DNA from: Octopus vulgaris
Lineage: Eukaryota
Direction of reading: 5' to 3'
Assembly (NCBI GenBank): GCA_951406725.2
Contig: OX597828.1
Span: forward strand, 2,170,001-2,234,000
DNA: 64,000 bases
The notes beneath the pieces are model-generated. The model was not told where the DNA came from. It ran no database searches and saw only the letters and a list, made by a program, of their open reading frames with translations. How positions within the stretch are numbered: the stretch's first letter is position 1; each line of letters begins with the position of its first letter. This document shows, one piece after another, positions 12,120 to 26,050 of this stretch. The translations under genes and the position numbers were made by a program.

Positions 12120-15100
12120 TTTGTTAACTGTTCGTCAGACAGCCTCGTAGTGGAAGGCTAGAATTTTGGAAATATTACGATATAGGAAAATTATCAGATT
12201 TTGTGAGGCTTAGCGTTTGTAACGACTACTAGACTTTTAGTTGCATGTTGTTCAGGCCTAGATAAGAATTTTTTTTTCTTGATATGTGCAATCACTAGGA
12301 GTATGTTTACTGTTGAGAGAGACTAGATTGTCATATGTCTATCGCTGGATGTTTTTGAGGTTTATGTTGAAACACATCGTATGTTGCCGCGATTATCTTT
12401 GAGATAGTTTGTCGTTGGGAAGGCGAGGTGACCATGGCACATAATTTCTCAGTAAATATTACCCCGATTATTGTAGCCATAGATAGGCCTCCCAAAATAT
12501 TATTCCCTGAATCACCTTTCATAAATAGAGAAGAGCATACGCTACTTTCAGTCTAACTGTCTGTCTCTCTATCAATTTATCTATTTGGTTATCTCTCTAT
12601 CTACATGCCGATCTTTATGCATATGTATGAGCATTTGAAACGAGTACATATAAAGCTTTGTTATTCTAATGTATGTATTGTCTCTTCTCAATTCCGTCCA
12701 GTGGAATAAGAGCTGTTTCTTTAGCCAAGCGACATTTTTGTTGCTTTCATGAGGCAATAAATTCAAATAAATATTGGAAGGTTTCCTGCCTTTTACTGTT
12801 GTATAAATAACAGATGTGCATTAAAGAATTCTGGGCAGACGATTTGGTTCGTTCTTTCAAATGTTTGCCATGTCATTGTCACTGCATCAATAATTTCTCC
12901 ATTACTATACTACAAAATATGATGGTAGTTACGACTATAGAAACTACTAATGAGGATGGAATTTGTTTTACTTCAAGTGGCCATAGATATTTTGCCTTTT
13001 GTTGGTAGTTGATATAATATTCGTAGCATGTTGTTAAATTCACTACTCTAGAATTATTTCATTTTTTAAATTTTATTTTATTTTAGAATGTTCGGTCAGT
13101 TTTTAATTGCAGAATAATTTGTTTTCTGAATGCAGATGTATGTATGTTTTATATAGGTACTAATGTGTAATTGCAACAAATGACACTATGGACAGCAATA
13201 TATAATTTTATTGTCAGGGCCAAATGGTAGCTTGTGAACATATTTTGACGGCTTCTGAATTGAAATTACCTCATCGAAATTAGCTTCAAATAATCGATAT
13301 CGCATTTTTGCTGCTTCGTGGAGATCTTCACATTCAAAAAGTTTCAAGAACTATGCTTTTTCGAAGACAAACCGCCCCAGGTTATAAATGTTGTCAAATA
13401 AACTTAGATGGATATTTTTGCTTTTAATTTTAAAAATATTCTTGCTTGTGCTGGTGATATCTCTTCTTAAATTTATGTATTAAAATATCTTTTTCTTACG
13501 ATTCCTATAGTGAAAGCAAGAACTGGAGTGAAAGGGATGAATTTTCATGATGTAATTATGTTTTAATTATGCATTCCCAATTAGATGGAATCTTTCTTAT
13601 TTCCCTCGTTTTATCTTTTTATTTTAAATATATGGCATTTTAAATATGCATCAAAGCACGCGGTGTGATTTCCAAATAAAAGAATGTAAGCTTCGGATTT
13701 TATGCTGTGCAAACATTATCTGAAAATAAGATTGTTAGATATCACTTGCTCTTGCACAGTAATGGCATAGATGTAAGGCACTGTTAAATTGATTACTCAT
13801 CTAATAAAAGCAACTCTCTTTATCATTATGTTTCATTATCCAACCTACGTCAAAAGCAACAATCTACGCAGTATTTCGCCACACATACATCTTTGTTGAA
13901 AAGGTTTCTTCAACAGCTCAATATACGAACTATAAAATATTTGCCTTAACTGTGTATGAGTCATATATTTATTCCTAATTTTATTTCTAACCAGATTCTA
14001 TGGGATTGATCTTAACCACTTTGAATAGAATCTGTTAGTAAGGATGCTGATGTAAAAGTTGCGGGTGACAATATAATCTCTACTTTTCTGTTTAGTGACG
14101 AGTCAAGTAATACATTTGTTGATGCTATTTTAGTTGCTTCAAAATTATGAACACAGCTTTGATTACAATGATTCCAAGTTCTACCTTGTTTCCGCTCAAA
14201 TACCTTTCAGGAATAGGTACTATGTCACCTATTACAATAGACTGGCATTCTATCAAATCAAAGTTTATTCTCTCCCTTCTCGTCTTGGGTTCCTATTGCC
14301 ATTCTATTAACATTCTATATATGCCAAGGTATTTTTAGTGTTCATTTCTCACAAGTGGTAATTGTGCTTTTTTTTTTAGTTCATTGCTTAATATAAAACA
14401 TATGACTCGTCCAAACAAAATATTGACATCACGTGAATATATCATAATTAGATCTAATTTTTCCAGCATTATGTCACTGTTCCTAATATTGATTTTCAGA
14501 CACCAGTAATATTGATTTTGTTTCCTGCTGAGGACTTAAGCATATTATATTCACTAAAAGAAATTAATAATGGTTTGCCATTAATTTATAAATTTTTGAT
14601 GAGTCACTCAACATATATTTAGGGCGGGGACATTTGGAATTTAGATGGTAGAGACCCTAGAATTGATATATTGGAGAAAATTTTCATAGAAATTACTTCA
14701 AGATTTTTTACCTTAGGCATTGTTTTGTTTTGTTTTTTTTATTTATCTGCGTTAAGAAGTATTTTTGTGATCTGTATGGTGTGCTGAAGATAAGTTCAGC
14801 ATTTAGAGTATTAAGCAATTGAGAGGTGCGCTATAACATGCTGAAATATCAAACTATCTTAAGTTTAGTGTATAAGGACATTCAATTCACCTCGGTTATA
14901 TAATGCTTCCTCGCTGTCTCCACATAGCATCTACTTCTATCAGAATGGATTACATTTGCAAACGTTTCTTTTAACATTTGTCTGTCTGAAAAACTACTGA
15001 TGATTGCATTGCTAATGATAACTTTCTAGATTGCATTTTTATAAGTTGTTATGGATTAGGTATTGATTAATGAGTCACTTATAGAAATCTAACACTTGTA

Positions 15101-15389
15101 GCGGTAGAGCTAGCAACAAAACCTCTACAGGACCCTCAAAATACTGGAAAGAACAGCCAAATTTCACTCACGTCACTCCTACTGTCTTAAAAATAGAAAG
15201 GGGTCAGTAGACTACGTAGTCATAAATACACTGACAACTAGAATATTTAGACCGATGTCAACAGTTGTTGATCTTTCGATCGACCACTATTGACCTCGGA
15301 CTAAATAACAATAACAATCAATAACTACGTTTCTAACAGCTGTGTATAAAGAATTGCATACAAGGCATTTTTTATAATAATTTAACATG

Positions 15390-17780
15390 CTATAAGGAAA
15401 GTGTCGTGCCTGTATTAAAACCTAATAGAATGGTACTATTTGCTGTGTTAAAGCAGGTAGAGGAAGAAATAGACAGACTGGAGAAAATAGAAGTTATGCA
15501 AAAAGTAGATTATTCTAAGTGGGCAACACCAAATGTGTGTATTAACAAAATAGCACACTCAGGGTGTGCGCCGATATTTCTACTGGTTTGAATGAGTGTC
15601 TAAAAATGTGCCATTCCAGAGGATATTTTTGCAAAATTAAATGGTGGCAAAATGCTTTCGAAACTGGATCTGTCTGATGCGTATCTGCTAATTAAGGGAG
15701 ACAAATGTTCGAAGCTTCTAACAGTGAACACACACAGAGGACTATACAAATAAAATAGATTGCCATTTGATCTGAAGGTCGCACCCGCAATATTTCAATA
15801 GATTATGGATGCGATGTTGGCGGACTGTCAATTCTCAATTCTATACCTCGATGATATATTAATTAAAAGTGAATCCGTGATCAGTATATCGAACATGTGA
15901 AGTGTGCTTTTCAAAAAATAAGAGATTATGGTTTCACACTCAATGAGCAGAAATGTGAATTCTTTTTGCCTAAAATTAAATATTTAGGGCAAATTATAGA
16001 TAAAAATGGAAGACGATCTGACCCGTCGAGGGCACACACAATTAAAAAATGTCTCCCTCAACTAACATAGCGATATTACAAGCTTTTCTTGGCCTAGCGA
16101 ACTGTTATCAAAATTACATACCAAACATATTGAGAGCTCCACTTTATAATTTGCTAAATAAAGACGCCAAACAGAATTGGTCAAATAAGTGTTAACAGAT
16201 GTTTCAGGATATTAAAAAATATTAATTTCGGATTTGTCGCTGGCTCATTTCGATCCTGCAGCGGAGATTATTGAAAAAGCTCTAGTGATTATTTTTGCCT
16301 TGAGGAAATTTCACACATTTTTCTACGATAGAAGTTTTCGGCTTCAGACAGACCACCGACCGTTACTATCAATTTTCAGATCGAAGAAAGGAATTCATTC
16401 TTGGTAAACAACTCAACGCTGGGGTACAACATTGTTAAATTACAACTTTAAGATGGAGTACATTCCTTCCAAGAAAATTGGCCATGCGGATTGTTTATCT
16501 AGACTAATTTCGAAGAATCTAGACTAATTTCGAAGAATGTGATAGCTGCATTACAATCAGAAAAGAAATTAAAAACGTTATGTGCAATGTCATTCAGGAG
16601 TCGCCAGTGACTGTTCAAGATATAAAAAGTAAATCAGCGGAGGACAAATATATCATAAAAATGAAGGAAACCTTGAAAGATAAACAAAAGTGAAACACGA
16701 ATGCGAACCATTTTTCACTCTGCGACGATGTATTAATGTATCCACAAAGAGCGGTAGTACCAACTATACTACATGAACAGATATTTCATGAATTTCATAG
16801 TGGACCAGAATGAAAGCTTTGACGAGGAGTTACGTGTATTAGCTGACAATGGACTGGGACATTGAGAATTTGGTAAAATCATGTAGAGGTTGTGTGCCTG
16901 CAGCCAAGGTACTACTGGTGAAATACCAATCGTGGCCTGATAGCCCGTGGTCCAGGCTACGCAAGACCTGTGAAAGGTACGTCCAACTTAATCATTGTTG
17001 ATAGCTTCACCAAGTGGCCGGGAGTATGTAGGTGCAGTCAACCTACCTCGAAGGCAACAATAAAGTTCCTGCACGAGCCTTTTGCTAGATACGGTGTTCC
17101 GGATACCATAGTATCGGACAATGGAACACAATTTACAGGATGCGAGTTCAAGGAATTCTGCAAAATGCATGCAATCAAGCACATGTTTATCCTGCCCTAT
17201 TATCCGAGGTCAAACGGGGAAGCAAAACGATTCATAGACACTTTCAAGCGAGCGCAAAAAAAAAGCAAGGAACAAGTTAGGAAATTACGAAACGCTTAAG
17301 GGTGTAAATAATACAATGACGAAGCTGTACAATATAACGCCCAACCCAAATACCAGTTCAGGCAAGTCGCCTGCAGAGCTAATGTTCACTCGAAAGATTA
17401 AATTGATCTTCAACAAATTGCTGCCAAAGGAAAACACGTATAGAGAAAATACAAAAAATTCAACAAGCATGTTGATGTCGAAGACAAAGTTCATTTCAAA
17501 TTATACAAGAACGGTAAAGAGAGTTACCAGGATGGTGTAGTGACTAAAAGAATTGGAAACGACACATAAAATCAATTAAAAATCAGACATACAGAAGAAA
17601 GGGAGGAAATTCTAATGGAAGTAATTACATGTTCAAAGTGCCAGCACCGAAAGAGATTGAGCCTTGGAGGAGCAGTGACAGAAAACGTAAACAGACTGAA
17701 AATTTAAAAACATAATAATTCCTAAGCGGAAAAGGTACTCAACTCCTTGGGGAAGCAAAATTTCCAAAAGGGGGAGGTGT
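15390..17780 (+). mobile_element. Degenerate Ty3/Gypsy LTR retrotransposon pol (RT-RNaseH-integrase)
   Basis: EEIDRLEK..SKWATP, YLDD at 15844-15855, QTDHRPLL, and integrase IIVDSFTKW..PDTIVSDNGTQF..YYPRSNGEA (16970-17299). Many frameshifts. Confidence 0.92.
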
Positions 17781-17852
17781 TGGACAGAAAGAAAAAAATA
17801 ATAATAAAATAGCTTTCGTTTCTTACCGAAGCCGAAATCTCAAAAGGGGAGA

Positions 17853-18060
17853 TGTTGTAGCGAGAGTCACTTCACCCCCTACGAGAACAGATTTGACCGT
17901 ACGAGTATAAATAGTAGCGCAGCGGTCTGAGTAATCGAGACAGTAGGCGTTTATCGCAGGAAGTCGTAAGGTTCGTTTTGGTAGTTTGTCGGAATATCGT
18001 TTTTGGTTCGTGTATAGTTCGTGGCGAGTTTGTTGGTTTGTTACATTGTTGTTACCCTGC
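17853..18060 (+). mobile_element. Putative 3' LTR of the Gypsy element
   Basis: Polypurine tract AAAAGGGGAGA (17842-17852) immediately before TGTTG, and TATAAA at ~17906. The right boundary is approximate. Confidence 0.6.
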
Positions 18061-18191
18061 ATATATGTTTGTGTACGTGCATATACATATATATAAACAC
18101 ACACACATACATATACACTCATATATAGATATGTATGTATATGCGCGTATATATATATATATATATATGAATATGCACGTATATATATATC

Positions 18192-18224
<33 letters not shown>

Positions 18225-18355
18225 GTATATACGTATCTATATGCACCTATACATACATATATGCATATATCTAAACCTATCTATATATATATATATATGA
18301 TATATATATATTTGATTTTTGATTTTTCCAGTTTCAGCTAATGAGCTGTGGCATG

Positions 18356-18388
<33 letters not shown>

Positions 18389-18392
<4 letters not shown>

Positions 18393-18548
18393 CTACTTCT
18401 TTAAAAGGGCCACGCCATCAAAGGAGAGTATGGTGCCAACTTCCTGAGGCAGTTACGAAAAGCTATCAAGACTAAATGCCCAGGAAACCTGGTAAAAGGG
18501 GTCTTGTTTCAGCAGGATAATGCTCCAACACCCAAGTCCTTATTTCAA
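18389..18548 (+). mobile_element. Mariner transposase fragment
   Basis: Encodes GVLFQQDNAP; closely similar to 20023-20181. Confidence 0.75.
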
Positions 18549-18550
18549 TA

Positions 18551-18750
18551 TGTGAACGCGTCTGTATCGTTGACGATTTTCTTTCTCCGTCTTTCCTTCT
18601 TTGGACTTTTTCTATATTTCTGATGAAGAGCTCCGCTCGAAACGTGATATCCTCTTTCTTTTCCTTCCTTTTCTGAGCGTCCAATAACACTATTTGTTTC
18701 ACGTCCTCGCGTTGTGGTTTTTTCTTGCTTGTTCTTGTTTGGATTGACTA
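18551..18750 (+). mobile_element. ~200-bp hammerhead-bearing non-autonomous repeat (family A, copy 1)
   Basis: CTGATGA-A-GAGC-TCC-GCTC-GAAAC-GTG at 18620-18646 (cleavage triplet degenerate). Homologous to 50355-50570 and 54319-54535. Confidence 0.75.
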
Positions 18751-18772
18751 TATATATATACATATATACATA

Positions 18773-19777
18773 CTAGCAGCATAGCCCGGCGTTGCCCGGG
18801 TATGTAAGAAACTTTGTCGATAAGCAATGCCCTTTACCTTTTACCCTTTTTTGTACTCATTGAACCGTTATTTTGTAAAATGAAGCCTAAAAGGCATTAA
18901 GGCACTCAAGGCACTGTTCCCTTGCATGCATGACTACAGCCCAACATTGCTCAGATTTGAAGCAAAAGGAAAACATATGCCATTTCTAGTAACCTTTATG
19001 ATAAAAGCAGAAAAAATCGACTAAATCGCCTGAAATCCGCCAACTATTTAACAAAAGTCAGTTTTGTAGGGTTCGCATGGTCGGTCTCAAAGTGATATGG
19101 TTTTGTCGATTTCTCCCAATACTTGTTAACCGCATTGACAAAAGGTCGTTAGTTTGACATTTAATGCAAATTTGATGTCCAACATCGGTGTAGGGAAAAT
19201 CTATGTGAACTTTCAAAAAATATCGCAGAAAAATCGGTTTGCTATGTGTGCCACTTATGATGTAATCAACTGATTTTTTCCAGTAATAACGTATCCTATT
19301 GGAATCAAAAGGGCCATATAGCTTCTTGGAGCAGACATGATGCACGCTGTGAATTTCAAAAAAATTCCTGCCAATTTGTTAAAGATATTGTCGAAAATAT
19401 GTCATCTTGAATTTGAACACGATTTCCCAAAATGGCATGATTTTATCAATTTTTTTCTGATGGTAAGGTATTGCATGGAAAACTAACGTCAGAATTAAGT
19501 TCCTTAGGGTAACATTAAGCTTCACCGTGAGTTTGGTGAAAATCGATTGCAAGTTGCGAAAACTACAACAGAAAATGTATTGCTTATGATAAGCTTAGAT
19601 TCTCGACCCCATGTCGAATTTATCAATTTTTTTCAGAACTGGGGGAACTTTTCAAAATTGTCGCTGCGTTAGTTTTGAATTATGACATTGGGCTATGTGT
19701 GTATCAAGTTTCATCAGAATCGGTTGAAAGCCGTGGTCAGGGTGAGGGTACAACCTGACAGACACACAGACAAACTG

Positions 19778-19782
<5 letters not shown>
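18773..19782 (-). mobile_element. Non-autonomous Helitron-like element
   Basis: Minus-strand 3' end has the subterminal hairpin CCCGGGCAACGCCGGG followed by CTAG-T (18773-18800). The other end has (GTCT)n-like tract and AAGTTTCATCAGAATCGG, running into (TA)n. Confidence 0.75.
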
Positions 19783-19844
<62 letters not shown>

Positions 19845-19867
19845 TACATATATACGTATATAAATCA

Positions 19868-20480
19868 ACATACATCACTTCATCACTTTGAGTCAGAGAC
19901 AAAGAGAGGATCTATGCAGTGGAAGCACTCCTCCTCACCTGCTCCAAAGAAGACCAAGGTCGTTTCATCTGCAGGGAGTGTGATGGCCTCAGTTGTTTGT
20001 GGTGCAAATGCCATTGAGTTTATTCACTATCTTTAAAAGAGTCACGCCATCAAAGGAGAGTACGATGCCAACTTCTTGAGGCAGTTACGAAATACTATCA
20101 AGATTAAACGCCCAGGAAACCTGGTGAAAGGGGTCTTGTTTCAGCAGGATAATGCTCCAACACCCAAGTCCTTATTTTCAAAGGTTGCTATGTGTGACTG
20201 TGACTTTGAACTGGTTGATAACCGTCTTTATTCTCCTAACGTGGCCCCATCTGGCTATCATTATTCCCTAACATGAAAAAACACTTGGTTTGGAATTAGT
20301 ATCTTCTGTTTATGACTTTTTCACTAACGAGTGCAAAGCTTCTTCCCTAATATGATCCAAGCACTGCAACGCTGTTAGAAGAGGTGGGTGGACTGCAAGG
20401 GGGACTATGTTAAAAAATAAACCTCTTTGGTCTCTTTCTAGATATCTTCATTAGCCTATGAACGTTTCAGCCAACACTAG
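19868..20480 (+). mobile_element. Mariner 3' half (degenerate)
   Basis: SMQWKH, GVLFQQDNAP and YSPNVAPSGY motifs, with stops. Confidence 0.85.
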
Positions 20481-21993
20481 GATATACAAGTATGCGCAAA
20501 TTAACTGAATATTTTGATCTTTCACCAAAAATCTAGTTTTTCAATAGAATAACTAGAACACTCACTCTATCACTATTTAAGATGAAACTATGACCTTAAT
20601 ACCACATTATACTTATATATTGCAACAGTTCTTTACAACATTGGACACTTTATCATTTACACTAATAGCGTGTATGCTGTAGCACGATGATGTATCGATA
20701 GTACAGTTTTCGAACAATAATTATACAGCATATGATTAATTATTCTGCAGATGATTACAATTTCAGTGACAGTATTCGTAAAAGTCTTTCTGAGCGAATT
20801 CACAGGTTTGTTTGGTGGATGCATGAGGTGAAATCCCTTCCTCTGAGCCCTTCAGCAGTGCCAATTCTCAGAGAGCTTGTAGGAAGGAACGGCTTCAGTG
20901 CTTCACTGATATTTTATTTCTTCAACTCTAATGGATACGAATTAAAGTCGACCTCAGCAGGATCTAAACACAGAACACGCAGAACCAAAACAAAAATCGC
21001 ATATCCCCAACGCCGCACACACACACACCTTTTTTTCTTAAATGAATTCATATGACTTGTGTATTTTGTTATTCCATAGTTAACTTCTTTATTTTTCTTT
21101 TACTTTTTGATTCGGTATTCATATATGTTACAAGTGCTTTTCTAAGTAGTTTTCCAGACTTAGCAAGCCATAAACTCACACCAGTTACAAGTCGTATGAA
21201 TGAGATGATCAGCATGGCCTAGTAATCACATAATTAACATTTATATTGGTTTATTTCATAGAACATTTTCTCTATATTTAAAAGTTCTCATAAATTTCGT
21301 TGATATTTTTGATGTTTTTCTGGATGTACGGGTTTGTTTATTTTAAAATTATTCCAAGATAATTGGTCCACATCATTCGTGGATATCGTCTTTCAAGTAA
21401 ATTTTTCCCCACTAAAACGTTCACGCGCGCGTATGCGTATGTGTGTATGAGTGTGTGTTGCAGGGGTGGTTGTTACATAAACTGTTAACTTGTTGAAAAT
21501 ATTTTCTGCGTCTTTAGCAAAGTCTATTGTTGATTACTGTACTAAGATACATCATGGCCTAGATTACACCTTCACTGTTTAAAGTAGGTTAGGGTAGTTG
21601 TGTTTACAGACACTTTCACCTCTCACTCAAATTTCTTGTATGACTTAATGCTATAAAATACGTGTTTAAATTTTCATTTAGTATAGTCCAGTCTTTATAT
21701 TCATTGCATCACATGAATGAGAGGTCGTCTCTCACCACGTTTCTATATTCTTTTAGCTCAACCAGACAGAATGTCATCTTATTTAGGTTTATCTTTATCT
21801 TTTACTTGTTTCAGTCTTAATATTGCGATAATGCTGAATTACTTGAAGAATTTTAGTCAAACGAATCGACTCCAGTACTTATTGTTTTTTCAATCTAGTA
21901 CTTTTACCGGATCGCTAAGTTACGAGAACGTAAACACACCAACACCGGTTGTCAAGCGGTGGTAGGAGACAAAGACACAAAGATGCAGACACA

Positions 21994-22035
<42 letters not shown>

Positions 22036-22088
22036 ATGTATATAGATAAATAAACATGTGTGTATGTATATATACATATATATGTGAG

Positions 22089-22135
<47 letters not shown>

Positions 22136-22196
22136 TAGAGTGTGTGTGCGTGTGTGTGTGTATATATACATATGTATATATGTATATTATATAATA

Positions 22197-23440
22197 TTAG
22201 TCGTCAAGTATGAAATTTGTAGAAAAGAAGAAATGTTTGCGAATGTTTAATAAATACGAAGAGTTTTATTCATCAAAGTATGCACCCATATTGTCAATAC
22301 ATTTTTGCCATTTCAGCGATAGCTTGTCCAGCACGGAACTGTAAAATCTTGGCAATCTAGAATCAATAAAATCTTGGAAGGCCTGTTGTCGGAATTAAAT
22401 TTTTTTCCTATCAAAAAGTTATCCAAATTCTGGAAGAAGTGGTAGTCAGTGGGGGCAAGATAAAGTGGGTATGGTGGATGATGGAGACCTTCCAACTCCA
22501 ACTCTTGCAGTTTTGCCAATGTAATTTTTGCGATGTGGTCTGGCGTTGTCTTGCAATAAAATAAGAGTGGATCTGTTGACCAATCTAGGCTGTTTTTTCT
22601 TTTTCGTTTTGTAAATTTCTGCAAAGTTTGGTCCAGTTGGCTGCAGTATACTCCGGCCGTGATTGTTGAGCCAGGTTTAAAGAAATCATAATGGATCACT
22701 CCTGCGCCAGACCACTAAACACACACTATCAGCTTCTTTTGATGAATTTTGCTTTTTGGACTGTGATTTGGCGGCTCATCTTTATCCAATCATTGTGCTG
22801 AACATTTACGGTTGTTGTATTGGATCCATTTCTCATCACATGTTACAATTCGATTAAAAAAATGATTCATTTTTGTGACGAGAAAGTAGCATAATGCAGG
22901 CTTCCGAATGTTGCAGTTTCTGATTTTCGTTGAGTTCATGTGGAATCCACTTATCCAACTTTTTCACTCTACCGATTTGAACTAAGTGAGTCAATTTTGT
23001 TTGCTTACCAACAACAACGATAATTAATGAGCACTTTGAGATGGATCTGACGAAACAGTTCGTTATTATTCACCTTTGCTCATTTGTAAGGTCAAAGTTA
23101 CCAGAACGAGTTTGTAAATATATTCGATACTGTCTGCTGTGTAATAGCATTAGAATGAAATATTGCATTGATATTCCGAGCTGTCTGTGATGCTGTATTT
23201 CCAAGAAAGGACTCATATTTCAAAACTGTACAAAATTTCCGACTTATCCATCTCTAAACAAAAATAGCAAGACACGAGTTATAAATACTTTATAAAGCGC
23301 AAAATGAGTCAGAATAAGGAAATAGATGTATCAGCTTTCTAACAAAAAATAAAGATTGTCAAAATATAATAATGGCGCAAAATGAGCAGCTGTCAAAGTT
23401 TACCAGAACCTTACTACAAATTTCATACTTGACGACCTAA
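22197..23440 (-). mobile_element. Near full-length degenerate mariner
   Basis: TIRs TTAG(G)TCGTCAAGTATGAAATTTGTAG at both ends, flanked by TA. Minus-strand HHPPYPLYLAPTDYHFF and TCDEKW motifs. Confidence 0.93.
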
Positions 23441-23463
23441 TATATATATAATATATATGTGTG

Positions 23464-23509
<46 letters not shown>

Positions 23510-23526
23510 TGTGTATACACACACAC

Positions 23527-23680
23527 ACGACGGGTTTCTTCTACCAAATCCGTTCACAAGGTTTTGGTCGGCCTAAAGAGTTAGTGGAAGACATTTGCTC
23601 AAGATACTGCGCAGTGGGACTGAACTGGGAACCGTGTGATCGGGAAGCAAACTTTTTATCCCACAGCTACGTCTGCACCA
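23527..23680 (-). mobile_element. tRNA-derived SINE fragment
   Basis: Homologous to 35570-35730 (GGTTCCCAGTTCAGTCCCACTGCG..GGATTTGGTAGA). Confidence 0.75.
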
Positions 23681-23805
23681 ATATTTAAAAATTTTTGTAA
23701 AATCACGGGCTTACAATCTTTTCAGATGTGTTTGATGCTCTCTAGCTGTTTCGAAATTGTTTGGAAGCAACACATAACTGTGAATAAAATATTGCTTTTT
23801 AATTT

Positions 23806-23975
23806 TGGCACAAGGCCAGCAATTTCAGAGGAGGGTTTAAGTCGATTTCATCGATCCAAGTGTTCAACTAGCACTTATTTAATCGACGCTCAAAGGATGA
23901 AAGGCAAAGTCAACCCCGGCGGGATTTGAACTCAGACAAAATACTGCGAAGCATTCTGCACGGAGTGCTAATTAT
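23806..23975 (-). mobile_element. tRNA-derived SINE
   Basis: GAGTTCAAATCCCGCCGGGGTTGACTTTGCCTTTCATCC motif shared with the copies at 33998, 45043, 58557 and 61319. Confidence 0.8.
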
Positions 23976-25399
23976 TAGCTCTAAACCATTAGTAAATTCA
24001 TAAGTATCAAATGTAAGGTATTTGTGGTGGAGCATCAAATTGATTGAATGCTTTTCAATATCCTTCCTGTAGGGGCTTATAGGGCTTCTTTATCTAATGT
24101 TCTCTTCATTTGTTTAAGATGGTGTGATATGAGAGAAATTTGTTTAATATTGTAACGCTTATTTGCCAACAGAATGTGGCAGTCCCATACAGGACGATCT
24201 TACTACAGTTTAGCCCCAGGAAAACATCTTTTCCAGCTGGTTACCGACACACAGTTTGTGTCCGTGTAGTATGAGCAAGGGAGGTTATCGCTCCCATCTC
24301 CAGCCCTCGTGATACACACACAGAACTAGGTTTCTGGGTTGTTTCCCGTCCTCGGTGCGAGATAATCACAGGCTAGTGATGGGGGCTTATTCGACTATAT
24401 ACATTTTAAGCGATACACAGTCGCTGATCTCGTAAAGAGAAAAACAAACTGGTTTTAAATCTCTGGGCGAGAGATATGCCGTAACAGTACCGAACAGTAA
24501 AGTTTACTTGCCAATAGAATGACTTCTGTAACGAGACATGTAGAGGAAGCAAATCAGTAGCTTCCTCGAAGTTTTCAGTCATTCTACTTGCCAAGAATGG
24601 TGATTTCACTTGCGTCAGAAAGAACTACAGGTGTAATCTCACGACAAAACCAAGATGTCTTTCATAAAGATAGATCAGTACTATCACAGGACGTTGCTCT
24701 TAAAAAAATTTTGGAAAGCTCAGGATCTCTAAAAAAAGAAGGGCACTGATGGTATTTGTGTAATAAATAGTGTTAAAAATGCATTAAATAGTGTTGAAAG
24801 AAAGGCAATGTTGAACTAAGGTATCCTAGGTATGATTGTCAAAACCATCACCAACAGATATGAAAACCCAAGAAGCTTTGTTCAAAGCATATAGGGTCCA
24901 ACTAATGAATTTGCAACGATGACAAAAGTCGTTCTCTAGTTCCCCTTTCGCCTTTATGATTGTAGTGGATTACGTGCATAGGAAAAGTTTTGACTCCCAC
25001 TCAAGCCAAAATTCTAACTCTCAAGCAAAAGTAATCAAGTGTTAGAAGAGGCCGTCAAATCATTAGAATTCATATAATAAACGATACATTGCGCTTCAAA
25101 GTCACTGATAGTAGAGATAAAATACCTAAAACTGGCAGAGATGATTTCGAGATGATTCACCAGTTTAGATCATACCCACCCTAACACACACAAACGCACA
25201 CACGCGTGCACACACACAAACAGCAATCGGAATCTGGATCAATTTGAATATATTTTATCAAAAATGATTAGAAATGCTAAATTTAAAAAGTACTATGACG
25301 AATTCAATTTCGAAAATAACTACCATCAGACCGACATACCCTTCCAAATCTGATGTGGAGTGAATTAGTAAACACTTCCTGGATGGTATTATTCCATTG

Positions 25400-26050
25400 T
25401 TAAAGAAGAATGTCCAACTTAGCCTATGCATGAGATCTTGAGCTGTGCACGAAATTGAAAAATAAACAGAAAACCCCAATCAACACTAAAAACTTTTTTT
25501 TTCTGCCTTTCCCTATTCAGGTTTTTGCCATAAAAACTAACCAACATAAGTAAAAAAAAATAGAAAGAGTTACCATAATTTTACCAGCATAGAAAAATTT
25601 GATGACTTTCAACGGGACTTGTTTCGGAAAACAAGACAGTACGACTTCATCATTATCATGGGATTCTCTGAGTCAGCTCAGCTGACTGATTTAATTGGAT
25701 TATACTTATTGTACCAAAAAGTATACGAATTCAATGAAATTGTGGGAGGTACGTGCAGAGTTGATACTCTCCTCATTATTATAAACGATAATTCTTCAGT
25801 CTTAGAAATACTTCGTAGGGGTTGCATAAAACCTTTAATCTTTCAATTTCTTCAACGATACTAAATAAGTTATAAACATTACATTAGACGTTGGCTTCCA
25901 CTAACCATACCACAAATCTACTGTAATGTATTTAGTCACCCCAGAATAATAATTAAAAATCTTCCTTAGGATTTCTGCCAACGAGATTCTCTACTATTAT
26001 AAAGCAATTACAAGGAGTGGTTTTTGAGGAGAAAATAATTAGTATACTTA
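25400..26050 (+). mobile_element. Degenerate Penelope-like element RT fragment
   Basis: DFIIIMGFSESAQLTDLIGLYLL..GGTCRVDTL resembles the PLE RT motif FDxTMG..AEVCELVGLYLL..GLYRDD. A downstream HPRIIIKNLP thumb motif lies at ~25938. Confidence 0.7.

Noticed and set aside
12800-15050. Possible very old LINE on the minus strand
   Set aside because: Only faint motif echoes (IKRG..DSI at ~13590); too decayed to call.
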